DNA of 62,724 nucleotides, filler included, from Hausera hauseri (lineage: Eukaryota), in NCBI GenBank assembly GCA_046269625.1. It is 11 parts of 11 records of this genome, joined end to end, with 100 filler letters (N's around TTAATTAATTAA, not from the genome) between each part and the next. Parts side by side here need not be neighbours in the genome. Positions count along the whole stretch, not along the records: positions 11,552 to 16,774 come from JBJURY010303944.1; positions 16,875 to 22,585 come from JBJURY010200970.1; positions 22,686 to 27,421 come from JBJURY010455802.1; 8 more parts are not named here. One strand, 5' to 3'. Positions 13,750 to 25,915 of this stretch are shown piece by piece. The number at the start of each line of letters is the position of its first letter. The first letter of the stretch is position 1. Position numbers and translations under genes: made by a program. The notes beneath the pieces are model-generated. The model made no database searches and had not been told where the DNA came from. It worked only from the letters and a program-made list of their open reading frames with translations.

Positions 13750-14450
13750 ACGTCTCCCATCGAAACCACTTCTCCACCAACATCTTTACACGACTCGCAG
13801 CAATCCAACAATTCACCTTCCATCTCTACTCAATGTCTTAATCCATTTTCCCTTACGTCTTCTCCCAAAACTTCCCCTTCAATTTCTTCTCACAATTCAG
13901 CCCCTTTCTTCCCTTCCGATTCTGCACCTTCAAGCCTTTTACCACTTTCTTCATCCCTTCACAACAACCTGCTTTCTCCTTTCACAGCACTCCCTCCATC
14001 AAACACCATTTTGACTTTACCAATCTCTCCATCCACACCTTTCATCATTCCAACCTCTTGGCCACGACCCTCCAACTACTTTCCTTTGCTCTCTCCATCT
14101 TCACGCTCTCTTTCGCCTTGTACCTCTCGCCGTCTTTCTCTCTTCCTCATCTTCGGCGCTTTTTTCCTTCCTTTCTCCTCAGACATCATCTTCTACTCCT
14201 TTCACTTCCGCTTTACAACTTCCTCATCTCTTCGCCTTTTTCCCTATCATTTGTCCTCTTTCTACTACTACTTCTGTTTCATCTTCTACTCCCACTCTCT
14301 CATACAATTCAATTCCAACCTCTATCCGCCACTACACCTTTAATCAATCCTTCATCCTCAACAATCTCTCTTCCTCGTTCACCTTCTTCTTTTCTTCCTT
14401 CTTATTCGTCTTCGCACGATACAACACTTACAACAAAATCTGACCATTTT
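13750..14450 (+). repeat. Pyrimidine-rich low-complexity tract in the Gypsy 3' region
   Basis: Strong C/T bias between the integrase end and the PPT. Confidence 0.7.
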
Positions 14451-14657
14451 TCCCAAACCTTAAACTCTGCAAATAAACATACAGCACAAAGACAAAACAC
14501 GCACAGCCACATTCAGCAAGTATAGCAGGAAAAAATCGTTAGAAGGCACACAACTTCTTGTCCACACTAAGACCGACTGACACAGACACTTTTTCGTTTT
14601 GCGGTTCTTTCTCTTTTTACCCTTCATAGCTTTCACTTTGCCACGGAAGCGGGGTGA

Positions 14658-14830
14658 TGTGATGCCCACAGCGGTCGGCGCCCTTTGACCCATTTGGTTG
14701 GACATGGTCGGGCGTCCGCCGCCGCTGCGTCGGGCCCATAGGCGGGCCCCGATCTTCCGCCTCCAAAGACGTTACGTCGAGCTAATCTGAAACATTTGAA
14801 GTTTAACCGTCGAACGTCGAAAATAATACA
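14658..14830 (+). repeat. Probable 3' LTR of the Gypsy element (right end uncertain)
   Basis: Purine-rich GGAAGCGGGGTGA followed by TGTGATG, the same start as the contig-1 LTR; a CA end is available at 14830. Confidence 0.5.
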
Positions 14831-15279
14831 TCTCTTCCACCGGGTTACCAAATAAGCACATATTAAATGCAAAATGTATCCAGTTTCAGTTTAAATATTC
14901 ATTCAACGCCACGGAATACACAGCCAACAAAACCTATTGTTACCGGTCAAACATTTACAATTTATCCAAATCTAGGTATGAAAAATCACAACGAATTATC
15001 AGCTGCAATAAATTTATCACCAGAAAAAATAACAGTATTGGCTAAAGAGACACCAGAAATAATACTGTGTTCAGAAGTAAAATAGTGTCCCTTGTTAGAT
15101 TTTCTGTACGTTCCATTTTTTTGCAATTTAAAATGCATGTCTATGTATTTTATTTACGCATTTATTTCCCATAACAATTTGATATTTGCAATTGTTTCGA
15201 TATTTATTTTATTATGTAAATTTAAGAAATGTTATTCAATTAAATTTCGGATTTACAATTTACCTACAAAAGAACATAC

Positions 15280-16100
15280 TGGAGAACATACAGAATGCAT
15301 CGTGTCACTATAGTCCGTTGATGTACGCTCCATCTGCAGATTAGTTACGTTGTCAATTATGTTCCGGATTTCTGAACACTGGTGGATTTTCTCAATTGCA
15401 GTTGTCCAGGTACCACCAGCATGGGTAGTGCTTGTCTGAAAAGCAATTGGAGTTCGTACAATCCATCTTTTTCGCTTTATGCGGCGACAGATGGTCAAAC
15501 TGTCACTTCGACTTGTTTATCAGAAAATTTATTGACAGCGATAGTCTTGTGTGAAAATTCGTCAACGCATCAATACAACAGAAATGACGTATTGGATATT
15601 CAATTAGCCGCATACAATCTCACCCGACATTTCATCGATATGCATAATGCCACATCTGGTGGATAATTGCATTTATGTCCTGGAAGTAATGCTAAACGTG
15701 CGCAGTCACTCAAATTCGGTGTAAATTATACAGAAACATGTTCCCTATGGACATTATCATTGTTCAGTCAGTCAGAACATCTTGCGGTATTTTATGATGT
15801 TTACCTCGGTTATTGGCGATCATGATTATATTACTTATTACCAATTCAAGAAAAAATTAACCAAATGGTAAATGACGCACGGAATCCAAATATCAAAACA
15901 ACCTCCTCCAGTTGCATATGTACACAACGATTATTAATGGTGGACAATGTTGATGTAATAGCAGGCACATCAAACAAACTCATCTGCACAGTACGTCACT
16001 TATGCATCAGAAATTCGTCTCAATATCCAATTACAAGGCAACACTTTATTTGATTCCTCAAGAGATGGACTCATTACATGGCCGCAGTTAGAAATTAATT
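15280..16100 (+). pseudogene. TMEM67: Meckelin (TMEM67) fragments with stops and internal deletions
   Basis: LHLCP..KFGVNYTETCSL..VFYDVYLGY..QRLLMVDNV resembles meckelin LQLCP..FGTTYQQNC..IFYDVYLEY..RRIFLVDAV; Cys-rich piece upstream. Confidence 0.72.
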
Positions 16101-16379
16101 TATGAACAATTTGTTTAAATATGGTAAAAAAATAAATAAACGATTTTGCCTTCTAAAATTTTCAAATCATAATTAGCCATTTTTGTATTTTGGATTTAAG
16201 CTTTGAACTTTGTTAATTTTACTTTGATTTTGTCAGCCATAGTGGAATTTGTTCTCGATATCTTAAAGGATCATATTCGCATTATTCATTGTGTTGTTTT
16301 GTTGTTTCATCATCAGTTTGTGAACTTTTCTTGATTCACGGATATAATACAAAAAACAATCATAATAAGGCTTCACTGA

Positions 16380-16627
16380 CTCTAAACAGCGTGAAAATCG
16401 AAGGCAACACCAGTCTATACAGTATCAAAGCACTCACTGAAACGGCTCTGTATTACAGTGAAAACATGAAAACGATTCCTTTGACGAAAACCATCAGATA
16501 TGATGACACTGCAGCAAACCGTCAGGCATGGATGGCAGAATCAAAAGCGCTTACAATGTGTGGGCCGTTGTACTTTGACTTTATAGATCAGCCGAAATAC
16601 CTACTTGTAGTGCTTAAGGTGTGGTGA
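16380..16627 (+). pseudogene. Fragment of a Polinton/adintovirus major capsid protein
   Basis: LNSVKI..LYSIKALTETALYYS..K..L..DT..R..MAESK..MCGPLYFDFIDQPKYLL follows the Polinton MCP pattern LN..YPYRAYIETLLNY..SK..MxGxLHxDxFxQxKYLL. Confidence 0.62.
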
Positions 16628-16774
16628 CACTGGAGGAGCTAGCGGATCGGTGAGAGGATTTTTGCCCCCCATTCAAATATCAAGTGTAATCTCAGAATAT
16701 CAAGTGTAGCGCGGTCAGATGGATATACCATTACATGTCCTCATTCCAGCTCTTTCGAACTCTGCAACAGATAA

Positions 16775-16874
16775 NNNNNNNNNNNNNNNNNNNNNNNNNN
16801 NNNNNNNNNNNNNNNNNNTTAATTAATTAANNNNNNNNNNNNNNNNNNNNNNNNNNNNNNNNNNNNNNNNNNNN
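16775..16874. other. Artificial contig spacer
   Basis: N-TTAATTAATTAA-N. Confidence 0.99.
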
Positions 16875-17358
16875 ATTGATTCACGAAAACAAACGCAACA
16901 AAATATGTACATATGTGATTAAATACGGTCAATCAACTTTTTCACTACAATACAAAGCGAATCAGAAAATACAAGTTTAATGAGGAAATTAATGCCTTGT
17001 TGTCGTTTTCATCTCATTTCACCCTCGATACGTGTAACGAAGAGAAACCTGACTATCAATTCAATATATTCTCTCCTGCTCATTATTCTTGTTTCTGTGA
17101 GTTCATATAAAAACTGTGAAAGAAACACATATCCAGTCATCATGTGATTGGTCAATTTCTGAATTTCGCTTTTAATGCACTGTTCCACTTGATTAGTAGT
17201 AATAATAGAAGTATGGGGAGCAAATGTTTATAACAAAGTAAGACAATTTCACAGACCATTGGACTTATGTTTAATGTTTAATTTCACGAATTTATGTATT
17301 TTAATTTATTTTATTTATCATTTTAATCTATTTTAAACGTTAATTTGTTTCAATTTAA

Positions 17359-20300
17359 AAATGTAAGCAATATCCTATGTATTGCGTCTTATCATCAGTG
17401 CTATCAACATATGGTGAAATATTACACAATTGTAACGGATACGTATGTGTGTCCAACGTGTGATGTTTCTTCCCAAGCCCCTTAATCCGACTTTTATGAG
17501 GTGCCGCATCATAATCTCGGACCGTTAACTCGGTCTAAGAAGATGATGTTTATGCATTGCTTTACATACCCACGCTATTGCAATACTAAAATGCACAACA
17601 TTAGTGGTTGTCATAGGGCAATGGAGCAGTACTATGGCACCACAACGCTGCACAATAAACGGGCCTACGTTTGCCCCGATTGTTTAATAGTTGCTACAAT
17701 CAACTATGAACGATTTTATAATCTGCACAAGGACCACTTAAACCAGTTTAAGCGGTCGAAAAAACAATTAATTATGGATTCAATTAAAAGCAGCTGAAGC
17801 AACATCATCCCCTCAATAATTACTAAGAAACATCATGTCTCAACAAGTCTTGACGAAATAATCAGAAACAGTACCCAGCAGCAGAAGAAATAGGAGCAGC
17901 AGGAATATTATCAACAACAACAACAATAAGAACAGGAGCAACAGGAACCCAATATTCCAAATATTAACGTCAAGTACGATCTGAACAGATCGTACGTGGA
18001 CAAAAAAGGGAACATATAGGCGAAAACAACAACAACAACGCAATTGAGACATATTCCGCAAAATGTGCGCAACCAGTTGGAATCAAATGTGGAAAAATTC
18101 CAACATCATTGCAAAGTGCAATATTATGCACTTGCAGAATTCGAAAACGTACAAGGTGACAGAAAACAATGGTACTTGTCACATCGAACTGTACCATACG
18201 CCGAAGGTTTTATTGCCGATATAGGCGAAAAGATCGAGGAGAAAATCGCCAACTACAAGGAAAAGTGTAGTAATTGGTGAATTATACGAATTGTGACTCT
18301 CGGCTTTATTATAACAAAGTCGAGTGGCATAATATATTTGTCTGGCCAGTCATTCATACCGACAACTGTAGCTTTAAAGCAGTCTCTTGCGGTAGTGAAT
18401 ATAAAAAATACAAACGATGAATACTGCTTTCTTTACAGTATTCTGGCGGTATTGAAATATTACGAAGTAGACAGACATATTGCATATAGACCAAAACAGT
18501 ATCAGACATATTTTTTTCGATTTAAATTACGATGGATGCTGGAGGCCGATGAAACTGAAATCTATTCCGGCATTTGAACAGCGTAATCCGACACTGGCAA
18601 TCAATGTTTTCCGGTAAAACACAATAATAGAAATAACGGAGGATGAAGAAATTTACAAAAATCCTCATGTGAATATAATCCATCGTAGTCGGAACCCAAA
18701 TGGCAGCCCAATAAACTTGCTGCCATTAGAGCAAAAGGAAAAATTCCATTACCTTGCAGTGGCAAATCTGGATACACTGCTGAACATGGAACATTACTAG
18801 GTCATCAAAAAGCGTATACGGTGTAAATGGCGTCCTGTATTTATGCATGGATTCAGATCAGAAACAACATGGGAGAAACATGTGACTTCTGCAGCAAAAT
18901 TCGTCAGGAAACACAATGTATGTCATGCCTGTTAAACAGGAACTCAGGTTCACTAATTGGTCAAAAACAGACAGTCCGGCATGTGTAGTATATGTCGATA
19001 TCCAAGCTATCTTACCACTGCACAATATATATGAACAAAAACATGTTCCAATCACCGTCGGTATATTGGTTGCCCCAATAAAAGCTGAAGGTCAACCTCA
19101 ATATTATGTTTCCCATAGATGGATTTGTGTACGCGATTTGCAAACTATATTGTAAACTGAAATCGCACCCTGGTACAGCAGAAATAGCAATAAACTCTTT
19201 ATGTGGATAGATGAAGATGAACGCCTGACGTTTGAAGTCACAGATGAATGTTACGTGTGCCACAAAATATTACCGTTTTATTCAGAGGAACGGCTCGTAC
19301 TAGATCACAATCATTTTATCGGTCAATATTTTAAAGCTGCATGTAATTCCTGAAATTTCACAAGGCGTGTGCAGCCATTCCTACTGGTGATCTTTCATAA
19401 TTTCCGAGGTTATGATTGTCACCATATACTTAAATGAGTCATCAAAGGATTTCTGCACTGGGAACTGTCCATAATCCCAACAACAATGGAGAAGTACCTG
19501 TCCCTGTCGGCACGCATAAACGGGTTTCATGTACGCTTACTAGATTCATTGCAATATCTCAATGAATCTCTGGCAAAGCTGGTAAATGCCTTGCCAGATG
19601 CGCCGATAACATTGACTCAGTTACTTGTACATATTGCGTGTAGCAAAGTCATATTCCCATATGACTTTGCGGCTCCAGACGACAGATGAATTACCACTGC
19701 AATGGCCCGGTATCACAGACGAAATTGGATGTGTACCTGTTAGTCGATGTGTTCCAGGCGTTTCGAGTGAAAGTGTTTGCGAAAGGCAGGCTAGACCCAC
19801 TTAACTTTTATTCCATACCGGAAATGAGTTGGGCGTCAGCTCTAATGTCACTGGGTTGAGACATTGAACTTCTGGAAGACCCGGAAATGTACCGGCTGTT
19901 TCATGTTGGTATTCGCGGCGGCATGACATTTGTCAACAGGCATCACGTAACCATTGATGATGTCACATCACTATTGTATATCGACATTAATAACCTGTGC
20001 GGTTGGGCGCTTTCACAACCCTTGCCGTACGGTTCATTCGAATTGATAGTAGACAAGCAAGAGCTGGACGCAATAATAGAAAATCTGCGGAGAGCAGACA
20101 CAACAGAAAACAGCTCAATCGGATACCTGATGAAAGTTGATCTCGTTGTACCATATGAGCTGCATGACGTTCTGGATAAACTGCCGGTCGCACCAATTAG
20201 CCAATGTCAACCGGGTTAGAAGGTGAAGAAGCTGCTTATGACGCATGAATCTAAGCCAAATTACACAGTTCATTGGCTTCTGTTGCAAGTTTGCATGCAG

Positions 20301-21179
20301 TTGGGTTTACGTGTCACACAACTGCATCGCGCAATCCGAATTGCACAGGCTTTGATATTTAAGGCGTATATTAGTCGGAATTTGGAAAAACGAGTTGCAG
20401 CTTGTACGAAGTTTTATAAAGACTATTACAAACTGAAAAACAATTCTCTCTACGGAAAAACAGTAGAGAATCTGAAAAAGCGACTCAATTTACGCATGTG
20501 CAATAGATAAAAGAGGTTGGTCACGTGCACAAGTAAGGCGCAGTTTCGGAGGTCAATGCACACTGCCGATAGATTGGTTGCCGTGCTTTTAAACAGGGAA
20601 AAAGTCGTACTGTACCTGCCAAGTTATATAGGACAAGTGGTATTGGATATGAGCAAGTTGCGGATGTATGAGCTGCACTATCGCCGTTTGGCACGATACC
20701 GGCAAATATTTGGCGGCGGCGGGTGCAGGATTATTATAATTGCAGTTGATACAGACAGTTTTTTCTGGGAATTGGAAAACGTCAATCGCGAACAACTACT
20801 GCAGAAAATGATGGCAGATAGATTACTGGATACGTCCAATTACCCCAGAATCATCCATTGTGCAATAATGCCATCACAAGCAAAATCGGCAGCTTCAAGA
20901 TTGAAAGTTAAGGTCGGGTTCAGTATAGGGAATGGATATTTCTACGGTCAAAATGTTAGTCTTTTAAATGACTGTGGACAGAAAATGCACGCTAAAGAAG
21001 TTCAGTTAATTCTGACGGAAATAAACCATGGTAATTGTCGCTGTATCTATGGAGGAGGAGACGGAGGACAAACAAAGGCTGTTGTGTTTCAAACGATCAT
21101 CCGATCAATCGAGCACCAGCTGTATATTGTGACCAATACAAAAGTCGCTTTGTCATGCAATGATGATAAACGTAAGTAG
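17359..21179 (+). mobile_element. Polinton/adintovirus-type protein-primed family B DNA polymerase, pseudogenised, with N-terminal tandem Cys/His domains
   Basis: GQSFIP..AVVNIKN.NDEYCFLYSIL; endonuclease VII-like C..C..DHNH..G..AAC; FHNFRGYD (ExoII); GIRGG; YIDINNL.GWALSQPLP (motif A); KLKNNSLYGK (B); DTDS (C); many frameshifts. Confidence 0.92.
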
Positions 21180-22585
21180 GTGGGACGCAATAAGAGTTGG
21201 CCGTATGGATATTGGCGTTTGGTGTAAAACATGCACACACATGAATTCGGTGCTGGGGATGCAGACAGATCAAAGTGACCCATTTACTTCGACAATCTCT
21301 ATATATTTAATTAAATGTGATACCAAACAATAACATGAACAAAGTCAATAAAATTTAGTAATATTAAGGAGGTAGAAGTGTAGGCTCCACCGCATTTTCC
21401 CAGAAGTGCTCAGATCGACCTCGGACCTAGTTTTCCCCACCTATCTCGCAATTCTGAGAATTTTATGTCTCGAGGTCGGAGATCCTCCACCAAGGAAAGA
21501 AGAAGGTTGAGCAATGGACTTTAAACCGAGACTAATCGATCGAGCCGGATAAGGCGAACAAAAGTTGACTACGTCGTGAAGCCTGAAAATGTATTCCGGC
21601 GGCACAGGAGGTGGAAGAAGAAAAAGGGGCAATGTGCAACTAGCAACGCAACACATGTTGCTGATATACCGAAATTTTGTACAGAGGTAAAATTCATGTT
21701 GGCAAGTCGAATGGACACGGTTTCGTCATCGTTCGACCAAAGGAATATGGGGAAAACCAGTTTTGAAAATTTCTGTTGGATAAAATTCCCCATGTTCAAG
21801 TTTGATTGTTATGAAAATGGGGCTCGAACATTGCCCATAAGTTGCAGAAATTTTTCTATTATAACAGCCTCACAATCAGATCAACACATCCGGGTGAAAA
21901 ATTCAATAGAAAAACGCATTGTTAAAAGTCATGGTTGTAAATGCGTTTCCTTTTTGTAGAAAAGTCGGGAATTTTATTTTGTAAGACGACTATGACGCTT
22001 AAAAGCGATTGCACAAATTACCACGAGCATAATGCGACACATAGCAACGAGTTGAGTCGGAAAAAATTTTACCACCACCACCAAATGTGTAACAGAGATG
22101 AAAATATAATGAAAATATAATATTATTTGTCATGACTTTTTCACTCTTAACTCTAAAGTTCAATCCTGAAATATTGGACATTTGACGTAGAGACTGTGTT
22201 GTTTTTTGGAAGCACTGTTTTCAAAATCAACAATGTGTGTCAATAAATTATGACCACTACGCACACACTAACATGAAATACCACGGCACTTAGTTTACCG
22301 TTATTTCGAAAACTTGCAACAACCGAAGATGGATCACCCAGTGAACGTTAGTTTTTGTTTTTTAATAATTTTTTATAGTATTTTATTATTAATTTTAATA
22401 TTTTAATCACTTTTCTTTAATTATTAATTTTATTAATGACTCATGGACGGACCACACCTGTCGCGTTGGCTATAACAATCAGAAATACTGATAATTCAAG
22501 TCTGAATCGAATATTTATTTCCCTTTGTTTTGTATAACTACAACAACAAGTAAATCGTTTTTAATGAATGTTAGAAGCACACAAA

Positions 22586-22685
22586 NNNNNNNNNNNNNNN
22601 NNNNNNNNNNNNNNNNNNNNNNNNNNNNNTTAATTAATTAANNNNNNNNNNNNNNNNNNNNNNNNNNNNNNNNNNNNNNNNNNNN
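22586..22685. other. Artificial contig spacer
   Basis: N-TTAATTAATTAA-N. Confidence 0.99.
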
Positions 22686-23065
22686 CTTAGAGTCTCACAC
22701 TCCACGAAGAAAACTCAGAGACATAGGAGGACCGTTCTCTGAGCACCCCAGGGGAATGCCCCCGAGTACGTGTGAATTGTACGAATATTGTTTTATTGTG
22801 TACTAACCACCTATTTTTCTCTATTTTTACTGCAGTTTGATTTAGGCCACATCCAACTATTTACCCAGCTAAAAGTGATAAGTATACTCAGCTCAGTGAC
22901 TGTTAAAATTACTTCTTATAATCCCAGATGAAGTAAAGTATATTAACAAAGTGTTATCTTGTGTTTATTTTGTGTTAAAGGTACCGCTTGCCTGGCTGAC
23001 TGGTGAGGAACTGCTGTGTGTACCATTTCATCCATTGTGTGCAGCTCTAGCATAACATTAGCAAA

Positions 23066-25081
23066 ATGTGGTGGCCACCAAAACCTGTGGTGATAGGAGT
23101 TGGTGTTTTATCAACTATCGTGCTATCACTCATTTTCTCTCTTGAATATTTCTGCGTGATCCCAGGTCTAAAGAGTTGCAGGGCCACTGTGGCGAAACGT
23201 AGAGAGAAACGAACTGTGTCCCCATTACAAACGCTGAAAGACTACTATGGCAAGCCCATATTAGACGTACAATATCCCAGAGGCTCCGCCACCACCCTGA
23301 AACTGTCAATTTGCAGCATGTTTGACTGCAAGGACTCACGTATCACGCACGCAAACTTCTACATTTGCCCATGTCCCCACCCAACTGGCTGTCGCTTCTG
23401 TGAGTGGACAGATGTTGTTCTGTACTCAGGTTCATGGGTTCCAACTATGACTGCATATCCTCCAAAATACGTAAGTTGGTGGAAAAACAATGCCACCCTA
23501 ACTAAGGGTGGAAATGATTTGCTCCTCACTCTCAAAAGAGTTGACAAGTGGTTTAAAATGACCTATTTAGGCTCTGGTGACATGGACTTCAATTTTGTTA
23601 CTGATCCTATGTCGGTACTGATAGCTGCGGAAGTCACTAATAGAGATCCCATACGAGTGTTACAACTCTCACTCACTGACGAACTTGAATCAGACACTTC
23701 TACAACAACTACGGCCCCTCCGTCGTCTGCCCCCACGCCTGTAAAAATGCGCATAGACAGCGTCGATTACACCAGTCTGACACCTGTGGAGGTAATTACT
23801 ATGTCTACAGGATACTCAGAGTCTAACATTTGGTTGGAGTGGCTCGCGGAAGCTGCAAGACAGGCTTCTTTATCTGAGTGTGTTGCTTGTGCAGCAGCTC
23901 GACCGACCTTGTATACCCAACCTGCTCCACTAGTTCCACAGGACGAGTGGGGATTTCAGTGTATGTTGAGTTTGACTAGAAAACGACAGAATAAGAACTG
24001 TACCACATTAGATCAATTGTTCCCACTAATCTCCAATAAAACTAAACTAGGTTCATTTACGCCCGCAAAACGACATGATTATTATTGTTTTAACTTCACC
24101 TCCAACAGTACTAACCAGATTGATCTGGGACAAATACAGCCAGACTGGTGCAACATTACACAGCAGAATGGTACCGACAACACCCGAGTGGGTAAGGTTG
24201 CACGTGCTGAATTATATTACTTTTGTGGAGGTAGGCGTCTGCTCACTCACATCCCTCAGGATTCTGTTGGCTTGTGTGCGATGGTACGATTGACTGCTTC
24301 CTTAACATTGATTGGCCCTCGGTTGGAAGTCCTGAATGACACCTCCAACCAACACAGTAGAAAGAGACGCTCGACACACAACTTTGATCCTACTGTTGGT
24401 TCACCAACATACATTGATGCCATCGGAATCCCTCGGGGAGTTCCTGATGAGTATAAATTAGCAGATCAGATTGCAGCAGGCTTTGAGAATATACCTGTTG
24501 TCTCAGCATATTTCCCAATCACCCCCAACAAAAATGTGGACAGGATAAATTACATACATTACAATGTGATGCGTTTATCTAATCTTACCAGGGATGCTGT
24601 GGAAGGCCTAGCTGAACAACTCGCCCCCACTTCACTGATGGCTGTGCAGAACAGAATGGCTCTTGATATGCTGTTAGCAGAGAAAGGAGGTGTGTGTAGC
24701 ATGTTTGGTGACCTTTGTTGTAGTTTCATTCCTAATAACACTGCCCCTGATGGAAAAGTGACCCGTGCACTTGAAGGTTTGAGAACGCTGTCTAATGAGA
24801 TGAAGTCTCATTCAGGGGTAGGTAACTCTTTTGATGATTGGCTCCTCAGTGTGTTTGGCCCCTGGAAGCAAATGATTATATCCATGTTAATGTCAATCGC
24901 AGTATTTGCAGCTATCTTGATCACATGCGGATGCTGCTGCATTCCGTGCTTGAGATCTTTGTCCGTGCGCCTCATCACTTCCACCTTAGAGAAGCGTGAT
25001 CCAGAAATCACCCGTCAACTTCTCATGCGCAAAGGCTATAACTTAGAGGATTTTGAGATGACCCCACGTTGCCGTACATAG
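23066..25081 (+). CDS. env: Intact gamma-type retroviral envelope glycoprotein of a fish-type ERV
   Basis: N-terminal hydrophobic segment, CVAC (CXXC), furin site RKRR, immunosuppressive domain AVQNRMALDMLLAEKGGVC, CX6CC, TM helix, CCCIPC; 671 aa with no stops. Confidence 0.95.
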   Translation: MWWPPKPVVIGVGVLSTIVLSLIFSLEYFCVIPGLKSCRATVAKRREKRTVSPLQTLKDYYGKPILDVQYPRGSATTLKLSICSMFDCKDSRITHANFYICPCPHPTGCRFCEWTDVVLYSGSWVPTMTAYPPKYVSWWKNNATLTKGGNDLLLTLKRVDKWFKMTYLGSGDMDFNFVTDPMSVLIAAEVTNRDPIRVLQLSLTDELESDTSTTTTAPPSSAPTPVKMRIDSVDYTSLTPVEVITMSTGYSESNIWLEWLAEAARQASLSECVACAAARPTLYTQPAPLVPQDEWGFQCMLSLTRKRQNKNCTTLDQLFPLISNKTKLGSFTPAKRHDYYCFNFTSNSTNQIDLGQIQPDWCNITQQNGTDNTRVGKVARAELYYFCGGRRLLTHIPQDSVGLCAMVRLTASLTLIGPRLEVLNDTSNQHSRKRRSTHNFDPTVGSPTYIDAIGIPRGVPDEYKLADQIAAGFENIPVVSAYFPITPNKNVDRINYIHYNVMRLSNLTRDAVEGLAEQLAPTSLMAVQNRMALDMLLAEKGGVCSMFGDLCCSFIPNNTAPDGKVTRALEGLRTLSNEMKSHSGVGNSFDDWLLSVFGPWKQMIISMLMSIAVFAAILITCGCCCIPCLRSLSVRLITSTLEKRDPEITRQLLMRKGYNLEDFEMTPRCRT

Positions 25082-25135
25082 ACTCTAAGATTTACTTATG
25101 GTCGACCTCAGATAGGTGAGGTCGAAAGGGGGAAT

Positions 25136-25614
25136 TATTATACATTTATATTAATTTGACTTTCTGCATGGTTTACATTTCATCTGCTTTTGTGCATGAC
25201 ACGATGAGTCATACATCCTGTTTTGTACAAGTTCGGCCCGACCCAGACTTACAGAACCGGAACTGCACAGAGGAACAGCAGCTCGTGCTCTGTGAGTGTG
25301 TGTGAAATGAGGAACTATCCAGCTTACAGTATAAGAGCCACAGCACTTCCTCTTCAGACAGACGGTGCAGCGAGAGAGGCAGACTTTTGATCATTTTTAC
25401 AGGTTGTATTCTCTTCATCGGATGGGCATTCAATGTTTAGATTGCTAAGATAATAACTGCATTGTACTAATCCACTGTTTTGCTTGTGAACCTGTGACTC
25501 CTTCTTTGAAACTTATTCATTCAGATACGTATTAAATATTCTTAAACTTGATGGTGCGTCTGTCGTATTCTGAGTATGTGTCCTTGACTCCTTTTTACAG
25601 GGAAATGATAAACA
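25136..25614 (+). repeat. ERV LTR following PPT GAAAGGGGGAA (25124-25134)
   Basis: PPT directly after env; TATAA near 25330; ATTAAA at 25531; ends ATAAACA. The 5' TG is mutated to TA, and boundaries are approximate. Confidence 0.6.
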
Positions 25615-25915
25615 CGAGTTCGGGCGGACAATAAAAGTGACCGCTACACTTACTAAATTGGTAAATAAGTGAGTGAGGCGGAATCTGGTGAGATTAAAAG
25701 AACCACAGAAGTTAAATAAAATAATTTACTGGCAACCTCAAATATAATAACAAAAATAAATAAATAAAAAATAAATATAATAAAATAATAATAATTTTTC
25801 ACAAACAAGAGTAATACAACAAAGGGGTCAACGCACATTAGTACAAACTATAGGTTCTCTGGTATAAATAAAACTGTGGTGTCCTGACTCGCGTGAATGT
25901 GTGAGTGAATGAAAG

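Noticed and set aside
14011-14525. Hydrophobic ORFs as an env-like or membrane protein of the Gypsy element
   Set aside because: Explained by the C/T-rich low-complexity tract, which yields Leu/Phe/Ser in all frames
17190-21445. Terminal inverted repeats around the contig-4 PolB
   Set aside because: Only TGGGGA/TCCCCA matches, too short to support
21441-21959. ORFs downstream of PolB as Polinton genes
   Set aside because: No recognisable viral motif; more likely another decayed host fragment
23130-25011. Antisense ORFs over env (and similar ones over gag, pol and PolB)
   Set aside because: Short shadow frames of real coding strands with no motifs
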